A stretch of DNA of 62,765 nt, counting the filler, from Collodictyon triciliatum (Eukaryota): the NCBI GenBank assembly GCA_043381765.1. It is 5 parts of 5 records of this genome, joined end to end, with 100 filler letters (N's around TTAATTAATTAA, not from the genome) between each part and the next. Parts side by side here need not be neighbours in the genome. Positions count along the whole stretch, not along the records: positions 8,776 to 32,966 come from JBHJMP010001256.1; positions 33,067 to 49,709 come from JBHJMP010001257.1; 3 more parts are not named here. The stretch is one strand, 5' to 3'. The position numbers and the translations under genes are program-made. This document shows, in pieces, positions 23,001 to 35,106 of the stretch. The notes under the pieces were generated by a model. The model had not been told where the DNA came from. It made no database searches and saw only the letters and a list, made by a program, of their open reading frames with translations. Each line of letters opens with the position of its first letter. The first letter of the stretch is position 1.

Positions 23001-26000
23001 TCTCTTCTGAGTTTTGTTTCTTGGCGTCATTAGCCCAAAAATTATCCTTTTGCTTCACGGTGGATGCATTCATTTGACTGGTATTGCCATCTTGCAGTGT
23101 ATTTGTGCTTGTACTAAGATTAGCGTTTGCTTGCTTCGGTGCAGGGTCTTGAGTTTCTGCTTGAGACGGAGACGACAGATTTATTTTTGCAGAAGTTTTC
23201 ACCCCAGACGAAGAAGTAAGTGATGATGCAGACCCTTCTTTAGCAACCAGAGGCACTTTTGTCGATGTGTTTCTGGAAGTCGCAACTTTTTTCCCAGCAG
23301 GCAAAGGTGCATCGTGCTCCTGTCCTTTGGCATCTTTTGTCTCTTTTGACAGTAAAGAGGGTGTTGTTCCATCCTTAGAATCAGAGGGATTCGAAGTAGA
23401 CGCAGTTGATTTGCTTTTAGAGTCATGATGGCTTAAGGGGCCCGAATGAATGACAGTGTCTGCAATTTCTTTGCGCCCTGAAGAATTGGAGGTCGTGGAT
23501 GGCGCAGTTTTCCCTGGGATGTAGCTCGTCGCAGAGTTGGAACTAACTGACTGACTATGTGAGGGAGGTTGTGTTGGACCCTGAGCCAAAGAGGAAGTAG
23601 AGGTCCCACTTGTTTGTGGGGTGGTTGATTCATTTTTGGGAGGTGAGTGGGATTTCACTCCCGAGGCCTTCTCCACTTTGGTAAGGTTTGAGTTTGGTTG
23701 TGAAACACTCGGGGTTGAGGGTGCTGCAGGGGTAGGTTTCTTTGAGGCACTGGAAGTGACGCGAGATGAGGTCGAATTTTCCGTCACTTGCTTGGGTTTT
23801 GCGGCATCTGGCAAAGGTCTTTCAGGGGCAGGTGTAGGGGCTTTGGAATCAGTCGCAGTATTTTGTGTGCTTGAATTCTGCTTTTTTGTCGATTGATTTC
23901 CAGATAATAGATTGCCCGTTGATGAGACCGTTGTAGCTTGAGTGGTATTAGGAGGTGTTGTGTATGATGGATTGGGAGGATAAGCTTCGTTCTTTTCAAT
24001 CTTATTCTTCCGTTCATATTCGTTCTTTTCAGCATCACGAGTTGAGTTGCTCCTGTCGCTTGATGTGTTTCCGGTAGATCCAGCGGAATTAGTTTGGGAT
24101 GAGGTTTTGTGTGGCTGATTCTGTATTTGAGGTTGTGTCTCAACTACAGATTGGTGGTTGCTTCTCTTTTTTGACGGTTGAGAGACAGGATGAGGGCTTG
24201 ATTGTTTCAGAACATCTGGTGCGTCGGGGTTTGGTTTGTTTGCTGAAACCTTTCCGCCATCTGGTATGGAGATATGGGCTTCTGGAGTTTTCTTTGAGTG
24301 TTGATGGCTTGTTACCGCTGCGGCGAGAATCTGTGATTGATGGGTAGCTGAGGTATTCGATGCGTGGGTCTGTGATTTTTGGAGTTCTGATGGTTGGTTC
24401 GTCCCTGTACCTTTTTCGGATGAGGAAGGTTTCTTCGGATGGTCTTCGTGTTTTATTGGCGAGGAGTCAGCAACTTCATCTGGTGGGGATACATTTTGAG
24501 AAGTTTGTTGAAGTTGAGGTGTTTCACTTGGTGGTGGGGGGCTGGGGTCCGCCGAAGTGGACTTACGGTTAACCTTGTAGCTGTTTGTTGAGCTCAAATG
24601 GTATGGGTACGAAAATTCTCCAATTAAGTTATCATGATAGACCCAAGGATTTTCTTTCTTTGTCATCCTCCACAAGCAAACGAATATCGATACACTTATA
24701 GCGATGAATAATCTGCGCAGAGCCTCTCCAAATGGAGTAGAAGGTATCCTGTCTGCACAATCCGCCAATAGGTCGTAGGGTAGCGTGGATACAATGGGAA
24801 TCACGGCCAAAACCTGATAATAGCGCAGATGATCAATGCCGGAGAAATCATCATATTCAATGTCTTCCTTAAATATTGGTGACCAAAAAAATGCGCGGTC
24901 TGATAGAATAAAATAGTGGGAATAATAATAAAACCTTGGATTGTGGGGAAATAATTATCAAATCCTTTTCAATTAAAGAAGAGTGAAAGTCAGGTGAGAA
25001 TGTCAATGACAGCGTGGTATGTTCTCCAGGGTGGAGGGTTATTTGGGTACAGTTTAAGACTTCGAATCCGTATGCCCCGCTAGATAAGTGAAATATGTAA
25101 AGATTAAAATGTCTGAAAATACTGAGATGGGACCAAGAACGTTTGTTTTTCTAATACATTACCATCCTTTTCCATCAATTTTTGCTGTTAGGTTTTGAAG
25201 AGGTAATTTCCCTGTGTTTCGAATTTGGACAGACTGCTTTTGGGTGATAATATTGCCGCATCCTTCACCTAATTTGAAAGAGTGTGTATACGTCAGTTCA
25301 GTCTTAGATGTCCTGTTTTCCGTTATTTTTTTTTCTTCCTTTATTTGTGTGCGGTACACAACTAAAGATACACTCACCTGAAAGCAAAAATTCTTCAGTG
25401 AAATTGAAACGAATCGATGATATAGTAGTGTTATCACCAAGAGAGAGAAATTCTAGGATTCCTTCACCGCCCTACAGGTTTTAAAGAAAAAGAGAAATAA
25501 GATAACAATAAAGTAGCCATCGTAACTGGATGGATATGATTTCAAATGAAGCTGTCGCTTGATTGATAACTAGGTATAAGCGAAGAATAAACAAATAAAT
25601 AATTGGAAATATCTGTGGAAACAAACTTCGCCACGAAGCTCAACAATTTCCAAGATGGTCAGGTTATTTTTTAAGTATAAAACAGCGTGATGAGTTTGAT
25701 TATCCGTTGGCTGGAAATATATAGGACCGAGTAGCGTATATTCTTGGGGCATTAGCACAACGCCCTATTTTTCAATTACAGATTTTAGGATTGGCCAAAA
25801 AGAAGAGTTGTCAAATCAATCACGACATGGAGAAATGTTATTTTCTCCTTCGTATCTAATACTAACCTCAGAGGCTCTTGGTGACATCGAAAAATAGTCC
25901 GACAACGGAGAGAAATGAAGCGGGAAAGTTTGGTTGGCACAGGTTGAATTCGGCGGAAAAGGTAGTATCTGCACGTGAATAGGGACATCGGACGGGTTTG

Positions 26001-26911
26001 ATATGGGTATGTATCTCTCCTCAACTGAACCAACCTGTAAAAATGTGTGTCGATGAGCCGGAATGTACTTCTTGGTTGGTATTCCAGTAGAATATACATG
26101 AAAGGCATATCAACGTACTTGTATTAGGCCGTAGTTGAATGTTGAATATGATGCATTGATGATTGAAGGTTTCATCAAAGATGCGTGGACGAACATTCTA
26201 AACCTATTTAATGGGACCAAGAGTGAAAAGATTATGAAAAGTCACATTCATATTTGTAAATGAGAAACTAAAATGAAAACTTGTTTATGTGTCTTGCATC
26301 CATATTCTTTAAAATTACATTATATTCGCGTCAGTGTGAACGGTGATATTTGCCACAATAAATGTTTCCCCAGAAACTTGGATGGAATCCCAGATTTTAT
26401 CTCTACGTTTAAGAGCCTACAAAAGAATGAATAAATTATGGAAAAGATTGAGCAGGTGATTACATAATAACCGTGATAGGGATGGATGAAAGTAGCTTTT
26501 TGCAATAAAAAGAAGAAAATGGTTGATATCTTACTTGATAGTCCCTCTTGGACAAGGGCTCTCCGACCTTGCTTAAGCTATTTTGTGCCGAGTAAGATGG
26601 TTCAATCATATAGTTTTTCTCAATTGACCCTGTAAACATTGATATTGAATTGTTATTTATTTGCTGGATAGAATGTTATATTCTCTTGGATGAATTTTTA
26701 TTCGACGAATTTTATTCCAACACCGCAAAATTATAACACATATGAGTGAGAAACCTCTAGACGGATCAAACTTCACATATCCAACCATAGCAGGGGCATT
26801 TGGCTCTATGATGTCGTTAGTAATCATCGGGATGAATCTTGGGTCTGATGAAATTATTGATGTAATAGTCACAGGCACCCTATAGTTTTCATTATTATTA
26901 TTATTTACAAA

Positions 26912-26942
<31 letters not shown>

Positions 26943-29900
26943 TCAAGCCTAGAATCTAACAGCTTCTTTGCTTGATTTAGTATATACATATACCACTGTG
27001 TTCACCTACAACTTTTTGACATTTGGATATTGAAAATTCAAATAATTTTTCACACAATAGTGAACATCATACGGTAGAGAATTCGATCCTTCCATTGGTG
27101 ATCTCAAAATACGCCCAGGGAATGATGGGCTGAAGCGAACCAGGTTTGGCTTTATGGACACACTACCGCTTAAGCCAAAGTATCTGACAGTGAACACAGA
27201 CTTCTCGAAGTTTGTGTTCATCGCAAACCTCAGTCCAAAGGACCCCTCTCTACATGATCAGTATTCAAAATGAACTGTCTGATATATCCTGGTGGCATAC
27301 AAATCGTACTTGCAATTATGAGGTCACTGGATAAGAACGAAGATTTACTTTGCAATAAGTTGAATCTCTATGTATTCGCTTCGGCCAGGAACTATCGACA
27401 AGTTCTCTAGTCTAAGGTAGTTCAATATGAATTTGTTTGTTTTCCTTTTTTTTAAAAAAATAATAATAATAATGTGTGTATGTGTATGGTTAAGGCGATA
27501 TACATATGAGCGCATAGTTACCGAGTGCAAAAATATGTTATAATATTATATAATTACTCATTCGAGAAGGTAATCTTATCATCATGGCTGTTGTTGTAAT
27601 CTATCCGATTTTCATAAAATCCTTTTGCCCTGAATTATTTTCGCAAATAAGGATGCTGTTTAATTATTTTGAAGATATTTTCTGAATAATTTCAATCAAA
27701 AGATTGGCATTCCAGTGGGAAGGCGAGAATCAAAAATTTAAAAAGAGTAGAATTAAACATATGTAATTTCATTGACCTTAGTGTCATATGTGGGCTAAGG
27801 GACTTCATTGATGTAATTGTAACTGGTCTGGGATTTGGATTCGTAATTTTGATCAAGTGGACATGGGGCTCCTTGGCGGTTATAGGGCCGACATCAATCA
27901 GGCTCCCCTATGAAATTTAATTAACACAAGTTTTTGATACCGTTTTCTAAAAGCAGAACATAAAGTATCATAACAATCGTTCCATCGTGTACCCTAGATT
28001 CTTGGCCGCTTACAGACACAGACGATAGAGACAGCGAACCAGGATAAAAGGTTGTGGATAATTCAAAGGTGGTTATATTGGTCACCACCACAAGAGATAC
28101 TGGTAATAAAACAAATGGAGATTCAACCCGAACGAGCAACTTAAATTGATTCTATTAAGAAAATAAAGGAATAATACGGTGTTTAGATTACTATTGAATA
28201 AATATTAAAAAGAGGAAAATATTCACAACAGTTCATTAAAAAAAAAAACAATTAATTTTCATAGGATATAATTCCTAAAGTGAAGAATGCTTTCATAAAA
28301 TTTTTGACTCACACAAATATCGCCAGGGTGTAATAAGATTTCGCTTGAAGGGCCAACCACATTCACAGTAGAGTTTATCGAGGAAACATCGAGAATAACT
28401 AAAGGGTGCTTGAAAGTGTGACTGATGATGGTCAACCTTTGGAAAGTAGTTTCCTGACCTCCAGCGGCGCTTATGATAGGGTCGGGTACTTGAACATCAA
28501 GTTTCCTAATATTAAGAAGCATTTGGTCAATGGCACAGTCTCACCAGAGTGTATTCAGATTTTTCTTCAGAAAGCAAAGATAAATATAAACGTAGGTCAT
28601 TGTCAATTGGGTTTATATCAGTATGAAGTGATTCGATTTCATATAAGAGCCAAACTTTTTCAACTGAAAGTTTTACATAAAATTAGATATGGGATTGACA
28701 AGTGTAGTCCACAAACCCATGAACAATCTTTCCACGATAGAACACTTCAATTTTGGATTTTGGGAGAGACGTGTCATTTGTTTTGAGTACAACCTGGTAT
28801 AACAAAGATAAAAAAAAATAATCATCCAACAGAAAATTATGTGTATATGAGCTTTACTGAATATATAGGATTCAACTACAGCTAAATGCTGTATTTATTT
28901 ATCTTTTAAAAAAATTATACCCGGCCATTGAATTCTCCTTCTGTTTTCCCTTGCATCACAACTTGTAGAACCTCTACTTCCTAGTAACAATATAATATAT
29001 ATATATATATTTGTTCAGGACTAGGCACAGCTACAAAAGAATTTACATATTTGAGATATTAAAATTGTTTACCTCTCCGGGTAGTAATGTAGCTAAATTA
29101 ATGTTTTGAAGATAAATGGAACCAGACGGAGGAGAAAGGAATGTCTCCTTGATTTGAATAGGCTATACATGACAAAAGAAAATCTGTTAACTAAAAAGAA
29201 AAAATAATACATACATTGATGACATGCCCACTTTCTTTTTCTTAGAGCATGGTATTAGTAAAATTGATGTTTGTCAACATACTTTGATTCCTGTATTCAT
29301 CAAGTAGAGAGGCTCTATTCTCTTTCCTTCGGGATTGGTGAGAGGTGCAAAACTGATCTCTTCGGGTCGTTTTATAATTGATCCTTAATGTTTAGCGGAT
29401 TAGTATGCTTAGTCTTCACCGCAAACACATAGACATAGATATAGACATAGATATAGACATAGATATAGACATAGATATAGACATAGATATAGACATAGAT
29501 ATAGACATAGATATAGACATAGATATAGACATAGACAGTAAATCCCGAGAAAATTTTAAACATAGAAATACACATATTCTACCACGAAGAGCCAACTGAT
29601 AGTCTAGACATACCTCGAGTGACCATAAAATCAACAGGTATTGTCATTTTGTGACGATTAGTGACTATATGAATATGTGCAGTATGTTTCCCGAGGGTTG
29701 TGGGGATTATGTCAACTTGGATAACGTATCGGGTAGAGTGCGGCGCGATTGTCTGTTAATTTATTTATTATTAAAAAGAAAAGAAAAGAAAATTGGTAAT
29801 AAATAAATAAGTTTGTCGGATTACACTTTCAAATTCCTCTTGTCATTTTATTACCCTTTTAGGTATAATTGTATACAGAAATGGTCGTTGTGTGGGTGTT

Positions 29901-31745
29901 TATGTCATACCCAAGTCTTCGGCTCGTGACTTTTTGGAGGACCATGTTGAATTAGAGAAAGTTGCACGTACGGGTCTGCTGAGGTAATATCCTTAACCTA
30001 GATAGTAGGGCGTAGTTGTTCTCGTATGAGTAGATGAAGCATAGGGGTCTATACACTCAATCATTTATAAAGAATATTTTGGGGTAAATGTTAAAAGAAA
30101 AAAAAACGCAATATATTGAAAATTCCATTTTGTGAAATGACCTGAAGATCGGTGTCGTAAGGGTTGTGAAGCGAAAGATACGTAGAAAACTTAGACCCCA
30201 GTATCACATTCAGATTAAGCAAAGGCGTTACTCGATATGGGTTGGCAATCCCATGAGCACGGACCTATCACAAGTTAATTGAGATAATACAATACTAGAC
30301 ACTTTCCATATTGTTATTATAAGAAAATTCTTAAATAGTCTGAGTGAATGGAAACAATAAATAAAAAAAAATTTAAATCGAATAAAAGAAAAAGAAGATA
30401 GGTTAAATTTCATAACACGTCTTTGTGTATAATTGAAAATTAAGATATACTTTAAACTCTAGGACTCCATAATTAGTACGGATGAAACCTTTCGAATCAC
30501 TTTGTCCCAAAACTTGTGGCAAGTGTATGATTTGGATGATAATATGTCCACGTGGTTGAATCATCTATATAAAGCGTAAACATTGAGATATAATTTGAAT
30601 TAATGGAATGATAATGGACTGAGGAAGAAACCCGTTTCAAAATACAATCATCGTATGTGAGAAGAAGAAAATCACCCTATCAAGCACTGTCGCATTGAAA
30701 TGGTTTGAGTCAAATGAAACATCTTTAAGGTTCACAGGGCGGTCTGATGAATTGATAATCTCAAGGGACTCTCCGACGGGAATAAATATCGGTCTGTCAT
30801 GACATAGAAGTAGAACATGGAGAAAGATATGTTCCTGAGACCGTGTGAATTTTGAAAAGCTCTTGATGCTTACAGAAATGAGGTAAAATTGTTATAAAAA
30901 AGGATAGAGGCAAACCTCTCCTTGAAATCCAAAACAGTAGGGGATAATTTGATTGTGTTCGGTGCCAATGGTAAGCTACTCTGATCTTCAGAGATCCTTT
31001 GATTTTGTCCACGTGTGAGTGGCAGATATTAATAAAGAAAAATCATTGCTACTTTGAATCGAATAAAGGAAAAAAAATCATTACTACTAGATGTTTTTAT
31101 GGTTTCACATACCATTTCTTCTGGGTGACATAGGATTGAAGAATTACAAGATAAAAAATAAGATTAGAATGTAAGGAAATACGTGTATTTCTGGTATTTT
31201 TATTCGAGATAAAAATTTTAGTGTTAATTTTTCTGCTCCGTGCTTCAAACAGATCAACCTTGATAATGGCAGGAAGAAATAGGGACAGATTTCATTCATA
31301 TGATAAGGATTAGTGGCCGTTCAGAACAGGTTTACCTCAAATGTTTGTGGAGCTTCATTTCCAACTTTCACTTCGATGGTTTCAGTATCACCTGCTTGGA
31401 TGGATGTAAGGAAGTAAGTGTTGGTGTCAACTTTTCAAGCTTCTTTCCCTTCCTTTCCATTTTTTTTTTTTTTTTGCAAACAAAGGGCCAGAAATATTAT
31501 ACGCTGGAAATAGAGAGGCCATATCATAATTAAATTGAGCTGCTGCGAACGGATAATGAGGGTTTCTTGTTGAAATATTAGTTTTGTGGCAGTAGTGAAC
31601 CTTGTGTTTGTTTGCCACGTTCTTGATCATTGTTTTTCTTGGATGTGCAGGCTCCAGTGTGCAAAGAATTAAACGCCACGAAAAAAAGCGCGAGGAAACA
31701 AAAGACTTTCCGTCCCTTTGTTTCTTTTCTTGAGTTCTTTTCCAT
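20008..31745 (-). CDS. TMEM131: TMEM131 (RW1)-like transmembrane protein: signal peptide, many small Ig-like-domain exons, TM helix, then a ~1500-aa low-complexity tail
   Basis: IKLSPTVLDFKERPIFIP, NPYRVTPL...LSLHNPYDTDLQ, SIKPNLVRFSPSFPGR, LYLKNNLTILEIVELRGEGGEG, IRNTGKLPL and LAVIPIVSTLPYDLLADC...LFIAISVSIFVCLW match the TMEM131 layout. The final exons are the 907-aa and 647-aa ORFs. The first exons are less certain. Confidence 0.82.
22131..22192 (+). mobile_element. Short retroposed insertion, copy C (23 bp plus TSD spanning a TMEM131 splice donor)
   Basis: ATGATACC-T9-AGTT (22131-22151) and ATGATACC-T6-AGTT (22175-22192) flank CTTTGAATCGAATAAAGGAAAAA. Confidence 0.85.
29428..29537. repeat. 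(ATAGACATAGAT)n 12-mer tandem repeat in a TMEM131 intron
   Basis: Directly visible; it produces the spurious poly-DI / SISM ORFs. Confidence 0.9.
31038..31088 (+). mobile_element. Short retroposed insertion, copy D (19 bp plus 16-bp TSD, 1 mismatch), TMEM131 intron
   Basis: AAAAATCATTGCTACT and AAAAATCATTACTACT flank TTGAATCGAATAAAGGAAA. Confidence 0.82.
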
Positions 31746-32701
31746 CTTGCTTTGATTAAGTTTCCTTGGAAGGTTTGTAACTCCGCTCTATACTTCCTTG
31801 AAATTTAGAGAGATGAGAAATAAAATCAAAGGGGTTGGAGTTTGGCCTTATTTTAGTTAATACAATCAAGCTAGATGAAAATCAGGGAGAGTATACAAAG
31901 TCTCATATTAAGGTAATAGGTCAAAAGAAAGATAGAAAAAGTGAGTTCTCTAAGGTTAAGAGAGCAGGTCGGGGACGTTGTTGTTTTCGCCCGGAAACGA
32001 GCATATGGAAACCTTCAGAAAAAGCATAATTGTTGGTTATGGCGAAAACATGACTGGATAAGCTGAAAAGCAGGAAGTGCGCCAGTTTCTTATTGCACTC
32101 GTTGTTTTTGTTTTCTTCGTGTTGTCTTTTCATATTTTTTTTTTGGTATCTTGTTTCTTCTCGTGCCGTTCTTTTTGTGTGGCTGAGTGCTACGGTCTTT
32201 TTTTTCTTTTTTTTCTTTTTTTTTCTTTTTGCTATAGGTTGGTTTGGTTTGGTTTTAGTTGCGAGAATGAGAATGAGTTAACCAGCTTCAAAAAGAAAGT
32301 GTGGTAAGCAGGGCGATAAAATAGTGACGAAACAGTATTAATACGTGGAGTGTGCGTTGCAACAGAGCAGGACACGAATAGCCAGCCCGCACGACGAGAT
32401 TAAGTCGGATCCACTAATCCACTCACCAGTAAATCGAGTTTGTTCAGAAAGAGACAATGGACGAAAAATAAAGAATATTCTATTTAATTTCTAAGAAATC
32501 TTACAAATGTGGATATTTCTAATCCGGTCGTTCGGTGGTCAATTTTAGATGGTCGTGGGACATCCGTGTTGGTGTTTTTGTTGACATCCACGCTTTCAAT
32601 CCCACGTATTCATAACATACCTGGATTATAGATATTAAAAGTATTTGCGAGTGTTGATGACAAAAGCACACGTCAGATATCTCAATTGCATTACAAACGC
32701 A

Positions 32702-32734
32702 TTTCTTTCCTTTATATGATTCAAAGTGCAGCGA
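32702..32734 (-). mobile_element. Diverged intergenic copy F of the same element (no clear TSD)
   Basis: TTTCCTTTATATGATTCAAAGTGCAGCGA matches copy A (TTTCCTTTATTCGATTCAAAGTGTAGCGA) at 26 of 29 positions. Confidence 0.7.
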
Positions 32735-32966
32735 AGTTATTCCATACAAAGGGGCGAGATAGGTGTGCATGGGAGAGAGCAAACGCGAGTAGGAGAAGAC
32801 ACTACGTGGAGGCGAATATCAAGAAATCAGTGATAGCGAGTTGGTCAGGTGCGCGACCCAACTGGTTGATTGGTTGCGTGGGTAGCAGGGGTTGGATATG
32901 CTGTGGGAGATATCTTACGACACATTCCCACATCTCTCTTCGCTTGCGGTCAGAGTAGCGAAGAAT

Positions 32967-33066
32967 NNNNNNNNNNNNNNNNNNNNNNNNNNNNNNNNNN
33001 NNNNNNNNNNTTAATTAATTAANNNNNNNNNNNNNNNNNNNNNNNNNNNNNNNNNNNNNNNNNNNN
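32967..33066. other. Artificial contig linker
   Basis: N44-TTAATTAATTAA-N44. Confidence 0.95.
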
Positions 33067-33327
33067 AACAACAACAAACAACAACAACAAAAAACAACAA
33101 CAAAAAACAACAAAAAACAACACCTAAAAACAACACCAAAAAACAACAACAAAAAAACACAACAAAAAAACAACACCTAAAAACAACACCAAAAAAAAAC
33201 AAAAAAAAAACAAAAAAAAAAAAAAAAAAAAAAAAAAGAATCCCATAACCCAACAGCATACAGGACAATAACCTGTCTACTTCCCCACCTAACAAAAAAA
33301 AAAGGGGAAAAAAAAACAACAGAAAAG

Positions 33328-34500
33328 ATGCTTCTCAACGTGAAGCACTTCAAGACGCTGCTGCTTGTGTGCAGCGGAGCCGCGCTTGTCTTTCTCCTCT
33401 TCTACGTGGAGTTCTTTTCGTCGGAGGACTGGATAGTGTACGAGGCCCACTGCGACGCAGAGACCGAGACAGACCAGAGAAACACATACACAAGCACAGG
33501 GAGGCAGCGACCGGGCCCGTTCGAATCAGCATTCGAATCAGCAGCCGAGAAGGCAGCCGCGGGAGGCGGAGGCGGAGGCGGAGGCGGAGGCGGAGGAAGC
33601 CAACCCGCAAAGCCGATCAGCAACACAACAATGACGTACCACTTTGATCTGTACCGCCTGCGCGTGGAAGGCTGCTGCTGCCCGCCGGTGGGCAACCGCA
33701 CGCTCCTGCCGCAGTGCTGCTCGGACTGCCAGCGCCAAGTACCGTACCCGGAGTGCTCCGACGAGCTCTGCGGCGTCCTGGGCACGCTGGGGATCCTCAC
33801 GGTGGTGGCGGCGTTCTGCGTGGTCCTCTTTGGCCTGGTCTCGCTGCTCCTGACCTTTGCGCGCCTGCGCCTCATCCACCAGAGGGACATCTTCTTCCCG
33901 GTGCGCGGCCTCTTCTGGGGGCTGGCTGCCGCCCTCAGCTGCGCCGTCTGGTTTGCCTGGCAGTACACCGGCGACCGGCGCGCAAAGCGCTATCTGGACG
34001 CCTGCCACTTCCCCGGCGCGTACACCGTCCGCGACAGCTTCCACTCCTCCCAGAACAGCAGCGTCCTCATCTTTGCCTTCTGCTTCTCTTTCTTCATGGC
34101 CCTCACAAACCAGCTCTTTGCCACCCGCCCAAAGTACGCCCTCATCGAGATGCAGGACCACTCCGACTCCAACCCGTCAGTGTCTGTCTTCATCCCTTTA
34201 TCTGTTAATCTATCAGACCCTTGATCTATCTCCGGGTTATGATGAGAAGCGTGTGTTTCTTTCTTTTTTCTTCTTTTTTTGTGAAAGTGTCCACCGGAAC
34301 AACATTGGGTGTTCGCCCTCTTCTTGTTGTGTGGTTGTGTGGAGTCATCGTCCTTTGTATCGTGACTCTGATTGAATAATAACAGTAGGTCGGATTTGAA
34401 TGCAAGGCTCATCGTCAGCGTCGATGTCAGAAGCACTCGGGATATAGACGGAGAGCATGTGGAGTTTGCTGGAGAAGACGTCGATTCGAAAGGGGGTTAA
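33328..34500 (+). CDS. Four-TM membrane protein with Cys-rich first loop (claudin/amastin-like topology)
   Basis: GC-rich 298-aa ORF with four hydrophobic segments, W after TM1 and a Cys cluster. A probable intron at 34176-34388 gives the tail ...NPSDLNARLIVSVDVRS...DSKGG*; the unspliced stop is at 34224. Confidence 0.7.
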
Positions 34501-35106
34501 TCAGCAGATATCGCTCCCCCACCCAAAAAAACTTTCCTCCAGACAGAAAACATCGATTTGGATGATTATTTTTATCATTTTTTCTTCTATTTTCCTCAAA
34601 TCTTTGGTACACAATGGATACTTTTCACATACACGCGATAAGAAGGCAATCATATATCCAATATATTTTTTTCTTAGAAAAAATTTAATTGACGAAGCCA
34701 AAGCCTTTGATTATGCAAAATTTCTTATAGACACAAAGATATAATCCACCTTCGGATTTTTTTTTTCCATCTCTCTCTCTCTCTCTCCCCACCCCTTTCT
34801 TTTTCCTTCTCCACTCACGCAATTTTTATCCCATTAGTACTTCAAATCAATTTTATTCAAAAAATAAAATAAAATGATGGGGTATAAGTCAACGGCAAAG
34901 TGCGCGATTTATTTTACTCAAGTTATACTTTTAATGAAGAAAAGGAAATGGATGTGGAAAAGCGATTTAGTACATAAAAGATAAAAATCGACAGAGTAAT
35001 ACGAATTTGAAATTAGGTATATTTTTTTTCCCAGAATAATAAACTGCCCCTTTCTACAAACCACATACTGGGATGAACATAAGCATTAAGGATTTTCTAG
35101 TGGATA

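Noticed and set aside
30372-30393. TTTAAATCGAATAAAAGAAAAA, a possible seventh copy of the short element
   Set aside because: Two mismatches, no recognisable TSD and an A-rich context; it cannot be distinguished from chance.
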